A DNA stretch of 20,000 nt from the NCBI GenBank assembly GCA_013115125.1, contig JABANN010000124.1, positions 47,462 through 67,461 on the forward strand, read 5' to 3'. This document shows, in pieces, positions 1 through 12,000 of this stretch. The translations under genes were made by a program, and so were the position numbers. Numbering within the stretch: position 1 is the first letter of the stretch; each line of letters begins with the position of its first letter. The notes beneath the pieces were generated by a model. It searched no databases. It was given only the letters and a program-made list of their open reading frames with translations, and had not been told where the DNA came from. This DNA is from Perkinsus olseni. Its lineage: Eukaryota.

Positions 1-3000
1 CTGCAGGACGCCCTCAGGGACTTGGCCATCAACACAGCTGAGCTCTATGTAGACTACATGAAGAGGCATGTGCCTAAGGAGGTTCGTATAGAGGTAGGAA
101 TTATAAAAAGTCGGGGCTGGGGATCGAACCTGCGCCCTTTCGAGTGTTGTCGAAGCATTAGTTTATGATCCGAGCTTTTCAGAATCTGCGTACAGTGATA
201 AACGACTGGCAGGACGGTGTGGTCCGAGCCGATGGATCCGACGCCCCAGAGGCTCTCTTCGCCATTGAGATTAAACGTGTTGAAAAGAAGAAAGAGGAGT
301 CCCGCCGCCAAAGTGCCGTCAACGCCACCAACAGGCTGCTCAGGAAGCGCAGCAGCGGCGAGGTGTCCACGAGGGCCTCAGGAATGCGTCGGCGGTCCTC
401 GGCACAGACGCCTGAATATGAGTTTGTCTATGCTACCAACCCCGCCATGTACGTCCAAGCTATTGCTGGGGAGACGATATTGACAGCATTGAGGGCTATC
501 AGCGATGTCCCGCACATCGAGAAGGCCACGGTACCTCAGCTGTTCAAAGCAGTCGTGTACAGACAGAAGCTCACTACAGTGAGTTTAGACGAGGATTTTG
601 TGGTACGGGCGAAGGACGAGCTCGAAGAGCAGCTGTCTGGGAGTGTCATCCGCGGACTACAGGAGTACATCACCCTGCTGGCACCCTATAGGGACCTGCT
701 ACAGTTGGAGCCGGTGAAGTTCATAAATGAGAAGCTGGATGACGAGGAGGCGCCTGCTACTACTGATGAGGTCGAGGCTGACATCGTCAATCGCCATAGA
801 CTGCATGATGAGGTCCTTCAGGACATACCTGAGACAGGGGTCCAGATAGGTTGGGTGGAGGTGAGAGTCGGGGAGATCAGGAAGATACTGGCCGATAAGC
901 ATACTCAAGTGGCCAAGCTGGAGATAGATCTCCTCATACGGCGGTACCGGTCTAGTTGTGAACAGATCACCTCCGAGTGCCAAGGCATCTCGACGGTACT
1001 GAGGAGGACGGCGGAGTCGATTGAGCACTTGGCGGAGCTACGGGAGTACGCACAGACACAGGTGCCGAGCCTGATGGTGAAGATGGGAAGCGATATTGAG
1101 GCTACCTTGAGGATTCATGAGGTCCTTGAGAAGTTCAACGTCAAGCTCACGCCTGATGATGTGAACCAGAGATGGCGTATCTTCCGCGCTCCGAAGGATA
1201 TCGAAATGGCTTTGGATGAGGCTAGGGACGGCTGGGCACTGGCCGAGAAGGGCTTCTCTAAGGACATGGCTGAGGAGATGGAGTTGTTCTTGGAGACTCT
1301 GGATGACATTGAGGGCACCATCCTCACCTTCTACCGCTTCAATGACATCAATAAGTGTCATGAGATCTACGCCAATGCCCAGTCGGTGACTGAACGACTG
1401 AAGGACGCCAGTACGGCGGCTAAGCAGTTCAACCAAAGGGAGGTGCTGCTGGGCAATGAGATGACGGACTACAGCAGAGTGGGGGCTTTGGCGAAGGAAT
1501 GGGAGTCTTACAGTAACTTCTGGCGCATCGCTCATGATTGGGTGATGGATGAGCCCAAGTGGCGACATGGTCGCTTCGATAGCTTTGATGCGAAGGATAT
1601 GGAGAACAAGATCGGTATGGGAAGCAAGCAGCTACATAAGATACTCCGCCAGCTCAGCTCTACTCCGGAGAACGGCCCTCTGATCGACGTAGCCACCGTA
1701 GTGAAGCAACAGCTGGAGGACTTCCAACCCTACGTGCCGATTGTTACGGCCTTGAGGAACCCGGGAATGAGGGAGAGACACTGGGAGGCGGTCGGACAGC
1801 TGCTGGCCGGCGAAGGGCAGGAGCCACTCGAGGTTGGGCCAGACCACGTTAAGGAGAAGGGCGATGGGAGCAGCAACTTCACCCTCAACAGCTTCCTCGA
1901 TATGGGTATGCTTGAAGTGGCTGAGAAAGTGGCGGAGGTCGGGGAGAGGAGTGCCAAGGAGTTCAGTATTGAGAATCAGCTGAGGGGCATGCAAGAGGCG
2001 TGGCAGGCAGTGGAGTTCGACTGCAAGGAGACGTATCGGAATACCGGTACCTACATCCTGAAGGGCTCTGAGGAAGCGTCGATGCTGTTGGACGAGCATA
2101 TAGTCCTCACACAGGCCATGCAGTTCTCACTGTATAATAAACCCTTCAAGGAGGAGATCGACGCCTGGGCTACCAAACTCCTTTATGTCTCGGAATGCTT
2201 GGAGGCATGGCTGAAGGTAAGATACTGACACCTACAACATCGTCTGCTATCAGTAGGCTCTCATTGTCTTCTTTCTCCTTCTAAGGTTCAACGGGCATGG
2301 ATGTACCTCCAGCCCATCTTCGATTCACCAGACCTGATGGTGCAGCTGCCCAACGAGGGGAAGAAGTTCAAGTCCGTGGACAGTACCTGGCGGCAAGTGA
2401 TGAACCGAGTATCGAGGGATTGTAAGGTGATCAATGCCTGCTCCCAAGACGGGTTACTGGAGAAGTGGGGTCAAGCTATAAAGGACTTGGATTGGGTACA
2501 GAAAGGCCTCGAGGATTACCTTGAAGTCAAGCGAGGTGAGGGCCTCTCTGCTGCTGTTCCCAGTCGTACTGGCCATGCCTGTTCGTGACTGTGTTCCCTC
2601 CTCAGCGGCCTTTGCTCGGTTCTACTTCCTGTCTAACGACGAGCTCCTCGAGATCCTATCCCAAACTAAGGACCCCACTAGAGTCCAACCCTTCCTGTGT
2701 AAAGTATTCGAGAATATGTCCAGTCTGGCCTTCAATGAGGACCTAACTGTATCCAGCATGAGCAGTCTAGAAGGAGAGACCGTCCCCTTCGTAGAGCTCC
2801 TCTCTACTGCCGGCTCCAATGTCGAGCATTGGATGACCGAGGTACCCACTCCGACTGCTGCTGCCTGGCAAGCATCAACCATCAGGTCGAAGTGGCCATG
2901 CGGGAGGCGGTCCGAGCGGCGCTGTACAACGCTGTCTTGACGTATGTCGACGTCCCTCGAACCGAGTGGTGTGTTAGCCATCCCGCCCAGACTGTCCTTA

Positions 3001-6000
3001 ACGCCAGCCAGGTACCAGCCACTGCCGTTCGAGTTGAGCACGCTTCGACCTTAGATACATTGGACGTCGGAGGTCGAGGCTCATATTAAAGGGAACACTG
3101 TTGGAGTTTACGCTGAGCAACTCCATCAGCAACTGATGGACTTGGTGACCCTCATCCGTGGTGGCCTCAGCAAGCTACAGCGGACCACTGTGGGGGCGTT
3201 GGTAGTCATCGACGTCCACGCCAAGGATGTTGTGGAGAAGCTCCTTGAAGAGGCTATCACTACAACTTCGGCATTCGAGTGGATATCCCAGCTGAGGTAC
3301 TATTGGAACAAGGACGATACTGGTAGAGAGAACTGCTGGGTTATGATGGTACAGACGGACTTCCCCTACGGGTAGTAGTAACAGCAGTAGAGGCAGCGAG
3401 GCGTCACGTGAAGGCCACAGGTATGAGTACCTCGGCAACACCTTCCGTCTTGTCATCACACCCCTCACTGATATGTGCTACATGACTCTCATGGGAGCGC
3501 AGAGCCTCAATTTGGGCGGCGCCCCGGCCGGGCCGGCTGGTAGTAGATTCGGGCCTCTTCTCTATCTCAGAGTAGGTTAGCGGGTCTTAGGTACGGGTAA
3601 GACTGAGACGACCAAGGATCTGGCCAAGGCCTTGGCTAAGCAGTGTGTTGTCTTCAACTGTTCGCCTGAGATGGACTACATCATGGTTGGCAAGTTTTTC
3701 AAGGGTCTAGCCTGCTCTGGTGCCTGGTAGTACCGCCACCCTACCACTCCTCCACCTCATCCTGCCCCTCAGGTGCTGTTTTGATGAGTTCAACCGTATT
3801 TACATAGAAGTGCTGTCGGTGATAGCCCAGCAGCTGCTGGTCCTCTTCGGTGCCAAGGCCGAGCTGGCCAGCTACTCGGAGTGTAAGGAGCTCGACTTCG
3901 AAGGCTCTACCATCAATATGAAGCCTACCTTCAACGTCTTTATCACCATGAACCCAGGATACGCTGGTAGAACCGAACTACCGGACAACCTGCAGGTAGG
4001 GGTTGTCGCTGCCGTTGTGAGCCCTCCCCTTCCTCCTCCCTGCAGGCTCTCTTCCGACCAATGGCGATGATGGTACCGGACTATGCTCTTATTGGTGAGA
4101 TTATGTTCTATGCCTACGGCTTTACATCGGGTAGAGCATTGGCACAGAAGATGGTCAGCACCTTCAAGCTGAGTAGTGAGCAGCTCTCCAGTCAGGACCA
4201 TTATGATTACGGTAGGCCTCTGGTGGGGTCCCTCCTGGCTACTACCACCACAGCCGTCCTTCAGGTATGCGGGCAGTGAAGTCCACGATCGAGGCGGCTG
4301 GTCTGCTCAAGAGGCTGCATCCAGATCAGGACGAGAATCAGATACTGCTCCGAGCGCTCAACGACGTGAATGTCCCGAAGTTCCTCAAGGATGACCTACC
4401 ACTCTTCGCCAACATCATCACTGACCTCTTCCCCGGTAGCTGTCCCTTCTCGGCCCTCCTCTGCAGTGCTAGGTAGATACTGAGCCTCCTGTGGTGGAGT
4501 ATGGGGAGCTCAAACCGGCCCTGGTGGCTGGACTGGAGAAGGCATCTATGCAGGCTACCGACTACGTCATGCTCAAGTGCATACAGCTCTACGACACTCT
4601 GCAGGTCGGCTGCTCAAGACATGGAGTCTTACCCAATCGTCTCGCTATTGCCAGGTCCGTCATGGTATGATGTTGGTAGGGCCGACTGGAGGGGGTAAGA
4701 CTAACACCTACAAGGCCCTGCAGGCCGCCATGACCTCCTTATCCACCGATGATGAGCTGCCTGAGGCTACCTTTCAAAAGGTGAGGGGGGTTCAGTTGCG
4801 AGAAGGGGAATGTCTATAGGATTCATTATTATCTTTCTTCTCCTTCTTCTGAGTACTGGGAAGGGGCACGGCCACAGGCAGCGACAATGATTATCATCCA
4901 AACTCATCGCCCCTCTTCATTACCATTATCCTAACTATAGGATTGCTCTTGTCACCACAGACTGTCGATCCCACTATTGTCATCACTCGGGTAGGTCCAT
5001 ACTCATATAATAAACCCCAAGGCCATCACCCAAGCCCAACTCTATGGTGCCTTCGATGAGATCACGCATGAGTGGAGCGATGGCATCGCCGCTGAGGAGC
5101 TGAGGATCGCCGTCAGGGACACATCACCGGACAAGCACTGGATAATCTTCGATGGTGAGGGGGTTGGTGCCTGCAGCTAGTATCGGATGGTCCCTCCCCC
5201 CAGGCCCGGTGGACGCCCTCTGGGTTGAGAGCATGAACACAGTACTAGATGACAACAAGAAGCTGTGCTTAGTCTCAGGAGAGATCATCACCCTCACAGC
5301 CCAGGTAGGGTAGCCTCTACCCCTCTACGTCTTCTGCGGTGCTCCCAGGTACGAATGATGTTTGAAGTCTCCGACCTGGCAGTGGCATCCCCGGCAACCG
5401 TATCGAGGTGTGGTATGGTGTACGTCGAGCCTGGCTCCCTCGGCATGAACCCTCTCATCGACTCCTGGCTCTCTGGCCTGCCTGAATCCTTCGCCCACTA
5501 CGCCCCAGCATACCGGGATCGACTGCGCACCTACTGCTATGACTACATCCACAACAGCGTCATGTTCGTCAAGAAGAGGCTCCGCGAGATCGTCTTTGTT
5601 ATGGAGAACTCTCTATGTGCTAGTTGCCTTCGACTGCTCAGCTGTGAGTTCGACCGTTTGCGACCTACTGAGTACGTCAAGTTGGAGAGCTTGAAGGACC
5701 CAGTGAAGGAGTTGGACCAGGCACTAGGCTCGGTGTTCATCTTCGCTCTTCTCTGGTCGGTTGGGGCGGCTGTTGATGGTCCTGGACGGGAGCGTCTGAG
5801 CCAGTTCCTCTGGGCTACCCTCTCGGACGCAGCTTTGGGCGCGCTGGACGAGCACGATCGTGGAGGGGAGGGCGCAGGCTTCCATCTTCCACCGAGTCAT
5901 GCACATGATATCAAGCTGAACGGGATAGAGGAGGGAGACAACCTCTTCGACTACTGTTTTTTGGCTGCCGAGAACCGCTGGGTTCCCTGGCTCGACACAA

Positions 6001-9000
6001 TACCCGAATTCGTTGTACCGAATAACGCGAAGTACGAAGATATAGTCGTCCCCACCATAGACAGCATCAGGTCGACTCAGCTGTTGAAGACACTCTCGGA
6101 GCATCACCATCATACGCTATCCTGTGGCCCTACTGGAACAGGGAAATCGGTTAACACGGCGCAGTACCTCCTCAAGGCCGCCCCGGACACCTTCCAGCCT
6201 GTCTTCGTCAACTTCTCAGCACAGACACACGTAAATCAGTTCCAGGATCTGATAGACTCTAAGCTGGAGAAGCGACGGCGAGGAGTGTTCGGCCCCCCAG
6301 CCGGGAAGAAGATGGTCCTCTTCGTCGATGACCTCAACATGCCACAGAAGGAGTTCTACGGTGCCCAGCCACCTATTGAGCTACTGAGGATGTGGCTGGA
6401 CCATGGCGGCTGGTATAACAGGAAGGAGCTCGTCTTCAACCATGTCGTAGATATGATCTTGGTGGGCTCTATGGGCCTGCCTGGAGGTGGTCGGACCTTC
6501 ATCACTGAGAGACTCAAGAGGCATTATCATCTCATCGGATACACGGATCTTAAGGAGCGTTCGATCAGTGGCATATTCAACACTATTGCGGACTACTTCT
6601 TCAAGGCCTTCGATGAGGAAGTTCAAAGCTTGGTTCCAAAGATGGTGGACGGGATCATCGACGTAGGCCCCGTCAGCCGCTGCTCTCCTTTTTCTCTCCA
6701 GTCAGCTGTCGTCATCAGGTCTTCCAGAAGATTGGGGATACACTGCTTCCCACTCCTGCCAAGAGCCATTACACCTTCAACTTAAGGGACATCTGGAAGG
6801 TCTTTCTGGGCGTCTGCGGTCTATCTCGACAGAAGGGGAACAGCGCTATGATGGCTATTCGGTAGGCCCGTCGCCATGCGGGCGGGCTGGACGATGGTGA
6901 TGATGTTGCCCTTAGTTGCTGGGTCCATGAGAGTAACAGAGTGTTCGGGGACAGGCTTGTTGATAACAAGGACCGAGCCTGGCTTGAAGAACAGGAGAGG
7001 GAGAAGGTGTGTGGTCGGGATCAGGCGAACCGTAGTATCGTCGTGTTCAGCTGCAAGAGTGCTTCGGTGTTGACCCTGAAGAAGTGTTCAAGTCGGACAG
7101 ACTGGTCTTCGGCCGCTTCACGGACGTCGGGGCGGACGTGCAGCACTACATGGAAATACCGGACATGGAGAGGATGAAGCAGGTCGGATCCGCACTCCGC
7201 AGCACTTCTCCTCCTCGTACTGATCGTTGTCCCCTACGCTCTCTGTCGAACCATCGACAGAGACTACCGCGAGGATGATGGCGAATATGGCGATGGATAG
7301 TTACTTTAGATCAAAGTATTCGATAGCCTGTCGGGCGATGTCTCTGGTGGCGCTCGGCACTTCATTAGGCAACGGAGTCCATAATTTGGGGATAGTCTTC
7401 CTCCACTCACCTCGAAATTTTACAAAATGAATCCGCTGATGGGGTTACCAAGTGCCAAATTTGCTTGGGCAGCTTGTGAGTTGCCAAATAACACGATGGA
7501 TATTGACCACAGTATGTCGCCTTATCTTCATCAACACTATGATATCCGGCAGCTCTAGATATCTTCGCGAATACCCGGCTCGTGTTCAGGTCATCGAAGC
7601 CTACTTGGATGAGTATAACAGTACGGCAGTCCATAGGATGCCCCTCGTTATGTTCCTTGACGCCTGTGAGCATGTATCCCGGATAAGCAGGATCCTCGAT
7701 CAGCCCCGAGCTAACGCCCTTCTACTGGGTGTTGGTGGCTCTGGTAGGCAGTCCTTGACGAGGCTATCCAGCTTCATATGTGACTACGAGTGCTATCAAA
7801 TAGAGGTGGCCAAGGGTTACGGTATGAACGAGTTCAAGGAGGATGTCAAGACTTGTCTCATGAAATGTGGTATCGAGGACAAGGTTCAGGTCTTCCTATT
7901 CTGCGACACTCAGATCATCTCAGAGGAGATGGTCGAGGCCATCAATAACGTCCTCAACAGTGGAGACGTGCCCAACCTGTACAAAGTGGAGGACCTCGAC
8001 GCCATTGCCTCAGCCTGTCGGACTGTGTGCCAACAGCAAGGACTCCAGCCGACTAAGGCCAACATCTTCGCGGCCTACCTCTCCAGGGTGCAAAAGAATG
8101 TCCACGTAGTGCTCGCCTTCTCCCCTGTTGGGGACGCATTCAGGACGAGGCTCAGGATGTTCCCCTCGCTAGCTAACTGCTGCACGATCGACTGGTTTGC
8201 CGAGTGGCCAGCAGAGGCCCTCTACTCGGTGGCCGAGCAAGAGATCCTCGGAGGTGGTGTTCAGCTGCCAAATATGGAGGGCGTCCTCAACGGCTTCAAG
8301 TTTGTCCACCAGAACGTTGAGAGCGAGTCCAGGAAGTTCTTTGAGGTCCTGAAAAGAAAGGTGTACGTCACCCCGACCAGCTTCCTAGAGCTGTTGGGCT
8401 CCTTTAAGAGTATATTGGCGGAGAAGAGGAAGGAGGTCGGCCTACTACAACACAGGTTGGAAGCGATCGACTAACTATCCATGGTGGCTGTTGAAGCTTC
8501 CCTGGGCAGATACCAAGTCGGTCTTGATAAGATATCCCGAGCGGAAGACCAGGTCTCGGAGCTGCAGGAGGATCTTGTTGCCATGAAGCCTGTTCTGGAG
8601 CAAACATCTAAAGAGGTCAGCAGGCAGCGGTGGTTTGAGGTCCTCATAAGCTGCTGACCATAGGTCGCCGAGATGATGGTAGTCATCGAGGCTGATAAGA
8701 AGGACGCGGCAGTTACACAGGAGGCAGTGGCTAAGGAGGAGAGTGAGGCTTTAACGAAGAAGGAGATCACACAAACCATCAAAGACGATGCTCAGAGGGA
8801 CCTTGATGAAGCCATCCCGGCCCTTGATGAGGCTGTCAGGTCCGTCGCTTTCTGTTCACTCTATCGCACTGTAGGTCCGGGTCCTGTAGGTGTCTGTCGA
8901 AGCTGAAGGCTGAGCATGTACGTGAAGTGAAGGCCATGACCAACCCGCCATCGGGTGGGTATTCTAGCACCATAAGCTCCAATGGAGGTATGCTGCTGCT

Positions 9001-12000
9001 GTGCTGATGATAGGGGTGAAGCTGACGATGGAAGCCGTGTGTATTATGTTCTCCATCAAACCAGTGAGGAAGAACGACCCTAACAAGCTGGGGGCTAAGA
9101 TAGATGATTACTGGGAGAGCGCACAGAAGGAGCTGCTCCAGGTGGGAGGTTGGGGAGGCCTGGGCTGAGGGCTCAGGCTGCACGTTCAGGACCCAAAGAA
9201 GCTACTGGACTCTCTCATGCACTATGACAAGGAGAACATAGCTGACTCGGTAATAGAGAAAATCACGCCTTACATCGAGAGGGAAGACTTTGACCCTCAA
9301 GCCATTAAGAAGGCGAGTGTGGCCTGCGAGGCTATCTGCATGTGGGCCCGAGCCATGTTCAAGTAGGATGCCAAGCAGCGCCTCTTCCTCGGCCCTACCC
9401 TCTGGTTGTCAGGTATAATACCGTGTCGAAAGCAGTGGAGCCGAAACGTATCAAACTACGAGAGGCTGAAGAGGAGCTCAAAGTCACCATGCAGAGGCTT
9501 GATGAGGCACAGGAGAAGCTTGCTCAAGTACGAGTTAGTCACGGATACAGCTGGGTCTAGATGGATGGTAGGTGAACGCCAGAATCGCTAAGTTGGAGGC
9601 TGATTACAACGCCGCTGTAGAGAAGCAGCAGCAGCTCCAACACGATAGTCATATGTGAGCTGACCGCTCGACCGGGAGTCGAAGGATGCGCTCTGCTCAG
9701 GTGTGAAGTTAAACTTGAGAGAGCACACAAGCTCATTGGTGGGCTCGGTGGGGAGAAGTCTCGATGGCGAGAGAATGTGAAGAACCTGTCTCGGTCACTG
9801 GACCTGCTGCCGGGGGACTGTCTAGTCGCAGCTAGTGGTGTCAGCTACCTAGGCCCCTTCACTAATGAGTATCGCCTCGTCTGCGAGGCGGCTTGGCGTG
9901 GCGAGATGTCATCGCGAGGAGTCGAGTACACCGAGAACTGCTCCCTTCGATCGGCTCTGGGTGAGCCTGTTAAGATAGAGCAATGGGTGGTCTGTGGCCT
10001 GCCGAATGATTCTTTGTCAATCGGAAATGGCATCATCTTGGATAAGGCTCGGAGGTGGCCACTGATGATAGACCCCCAGCGACAGGCCAACAAGTTCGTG
10101 AAGACTATGGGCAACAGCATAGACAGTGGTATGGATATTTGCAAGCTCTCCGACTCCAACCTGTTGAGGACCATGGAGCTCGCCATACAATTTGGGAAAT
10201 GGGTGGTACTAGAGAATATTGGAGAGGAGCTGGACCCTGCCCTAGAGCCCATACTGCTGCAACAGAAGAGCAAGGATGGCTCAGGCTACGTCATAAGGCT
10301 GGGTGACAAGAACGTCCCTTACAACGACACTTTCCGGCTCTTCATGACAACGACTCTACCAAATCCTCATTACTCGCCGGAGACCAGTGTGAAGGTCACC
10401 TTACTCAACTTCGCCATCACACCGGAGGGTTTGGAAGATCAGATGCTTGGCATCGTTGTTTCGAAGGAGAGGCCAGAATTGGAGGCTCAGAAGTCCCAGT
10501 TAGTGTCACAGAATGCTAAGATGAATGCCCAGCTAAAGGCGATAGAAGATGAGATACTGAGGCTACTAGCCACGAGCGAAGGTGATGTTCTCGAGGACGA
10601 CACTCTCATCAACGCCATCGCCCAGTCCAAGGCAACTGCCACTGAAATACAGGAGAAGCAAGCGGAAGCTGCGGTGACCGAGAAGAACATTGATGAGGCC
10701 CGAGAGAGCTACCGATGCGTAGCCTACAGGAGCAGTCTGATATTCTTCTGTATTGTCGGCCTTACCAATATCGACCCGATGTACCAATACTCCTTGAGGT
10801 GGTTCCAACAGCTCTTCTCGCTGGGGATCGATCAGGCCCCGAAGCCTTCCAATCCACTGGATCTGGCTACGAGGCTAGAGAGCCTTATAGATTACAACAC
10901 CTACATCTTCTATCAGAATGTCTGTCGAGGCCTCTTCGAGAAGGATAAGCTCATGTTCTCCTTCGCGCTCTGTATCAAGCTCATGCAGGGCGAGAGCCGT
11001 GTCCCTCCCAACGAGCTTCGATTCCTGCTCACCGGTCCAACGGAGGACTTGGTCGAGAGCGGACCGCCCATACCCGCTGACTGGATATCGAAACCTACTT
11101 GGAATGAGGTGCTCGGCTTGGAGGCGCATGTTCCTGAGTGCGCTGGGCTCGCGGCTAGCATCACTGAGAAGCCCGATGAGTTCCGTGTAATCTACGACAC
11201 CACAGATGCGCACAGTCTTGAGCTCCCCGAGCCTTGGGAAAGTCTTCTCTCCCCTCTCCAGAAGCTATGCTTCCTGCGGACCCTCCGGCTAGATGAGGTC
11301 ATCCCAGGCGTTGTGAGCTTCGTTGCCAAAGAGCTGGGCCAGAGGTTCGTCGAACCGCCAACCTTCGATATCGCCAAGTCCTTCGCTGACTCCACCAATA
11401 TGAATCCCCTCATCTTCATCTTGTCCAGCGGCAGCGACCCTACGAGTGATGTGCTAGCCTTCGCTGAGTCGATGAACATGTCAAAAAAGATGGAGGCGAT
11501 ATCCTTAGGTCAGGGACAAGGCCCGAAGGCAGCCAAGATGATACACCATGCCTCTGGCAGTGGGGGTTGGATATTGCTACAGAACTGTCATCTAGCAGCA
11601 AGCTGGATGAGCACGCTGGAGAGGATATGTGAGCAGATGGCTCCTGATACTACCGATAGCAACTACAGACTTTGGTTAACGTCGATGCCTTCTAAGGCCT
11701 TCCCGGTGATGGTACTGCAAAGTGGCGTCAAAATGACCAACGAGCCCCCCAAAGGGCTCAGGGCCAACTTGCTCAGGAGCTACGCTCAGATGAATGACAA
11801 CATTTGGGTGGACAGCGCCAAGCCAGAGGTCTTCAGAAAGCTGCTCTTTGGCTTCTGCTTCTTCCATGCGGTCGTGCAGGACCGGAGGAAGTTCGGCCCG
11901 ATTGGCTGGAACATTCCCTATGGCTTCACCAACGAGGACTTGGCGGTATGCCGTCGACAGCTGATGGTGTTCATCAACCAGTACGATGAGGTGCCCTACA

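Noticed and set aside
699..2099. Antisense ORFs of 109-176 aa opposite the large dynein exon (and similar ones at 9845-11867)
   Set aside because: They fully overlap well-supported dynein coding sequence and have typical antisense-frame composition.
2217..9700. Fragmented dynein ORFs suggesting a pseudogene, frameshifting or stop-codon reassignment
   Set aside because: Every break is resolved by a GT-AG intron that restores conserved dynein motifs in frame. No recoding is needed.
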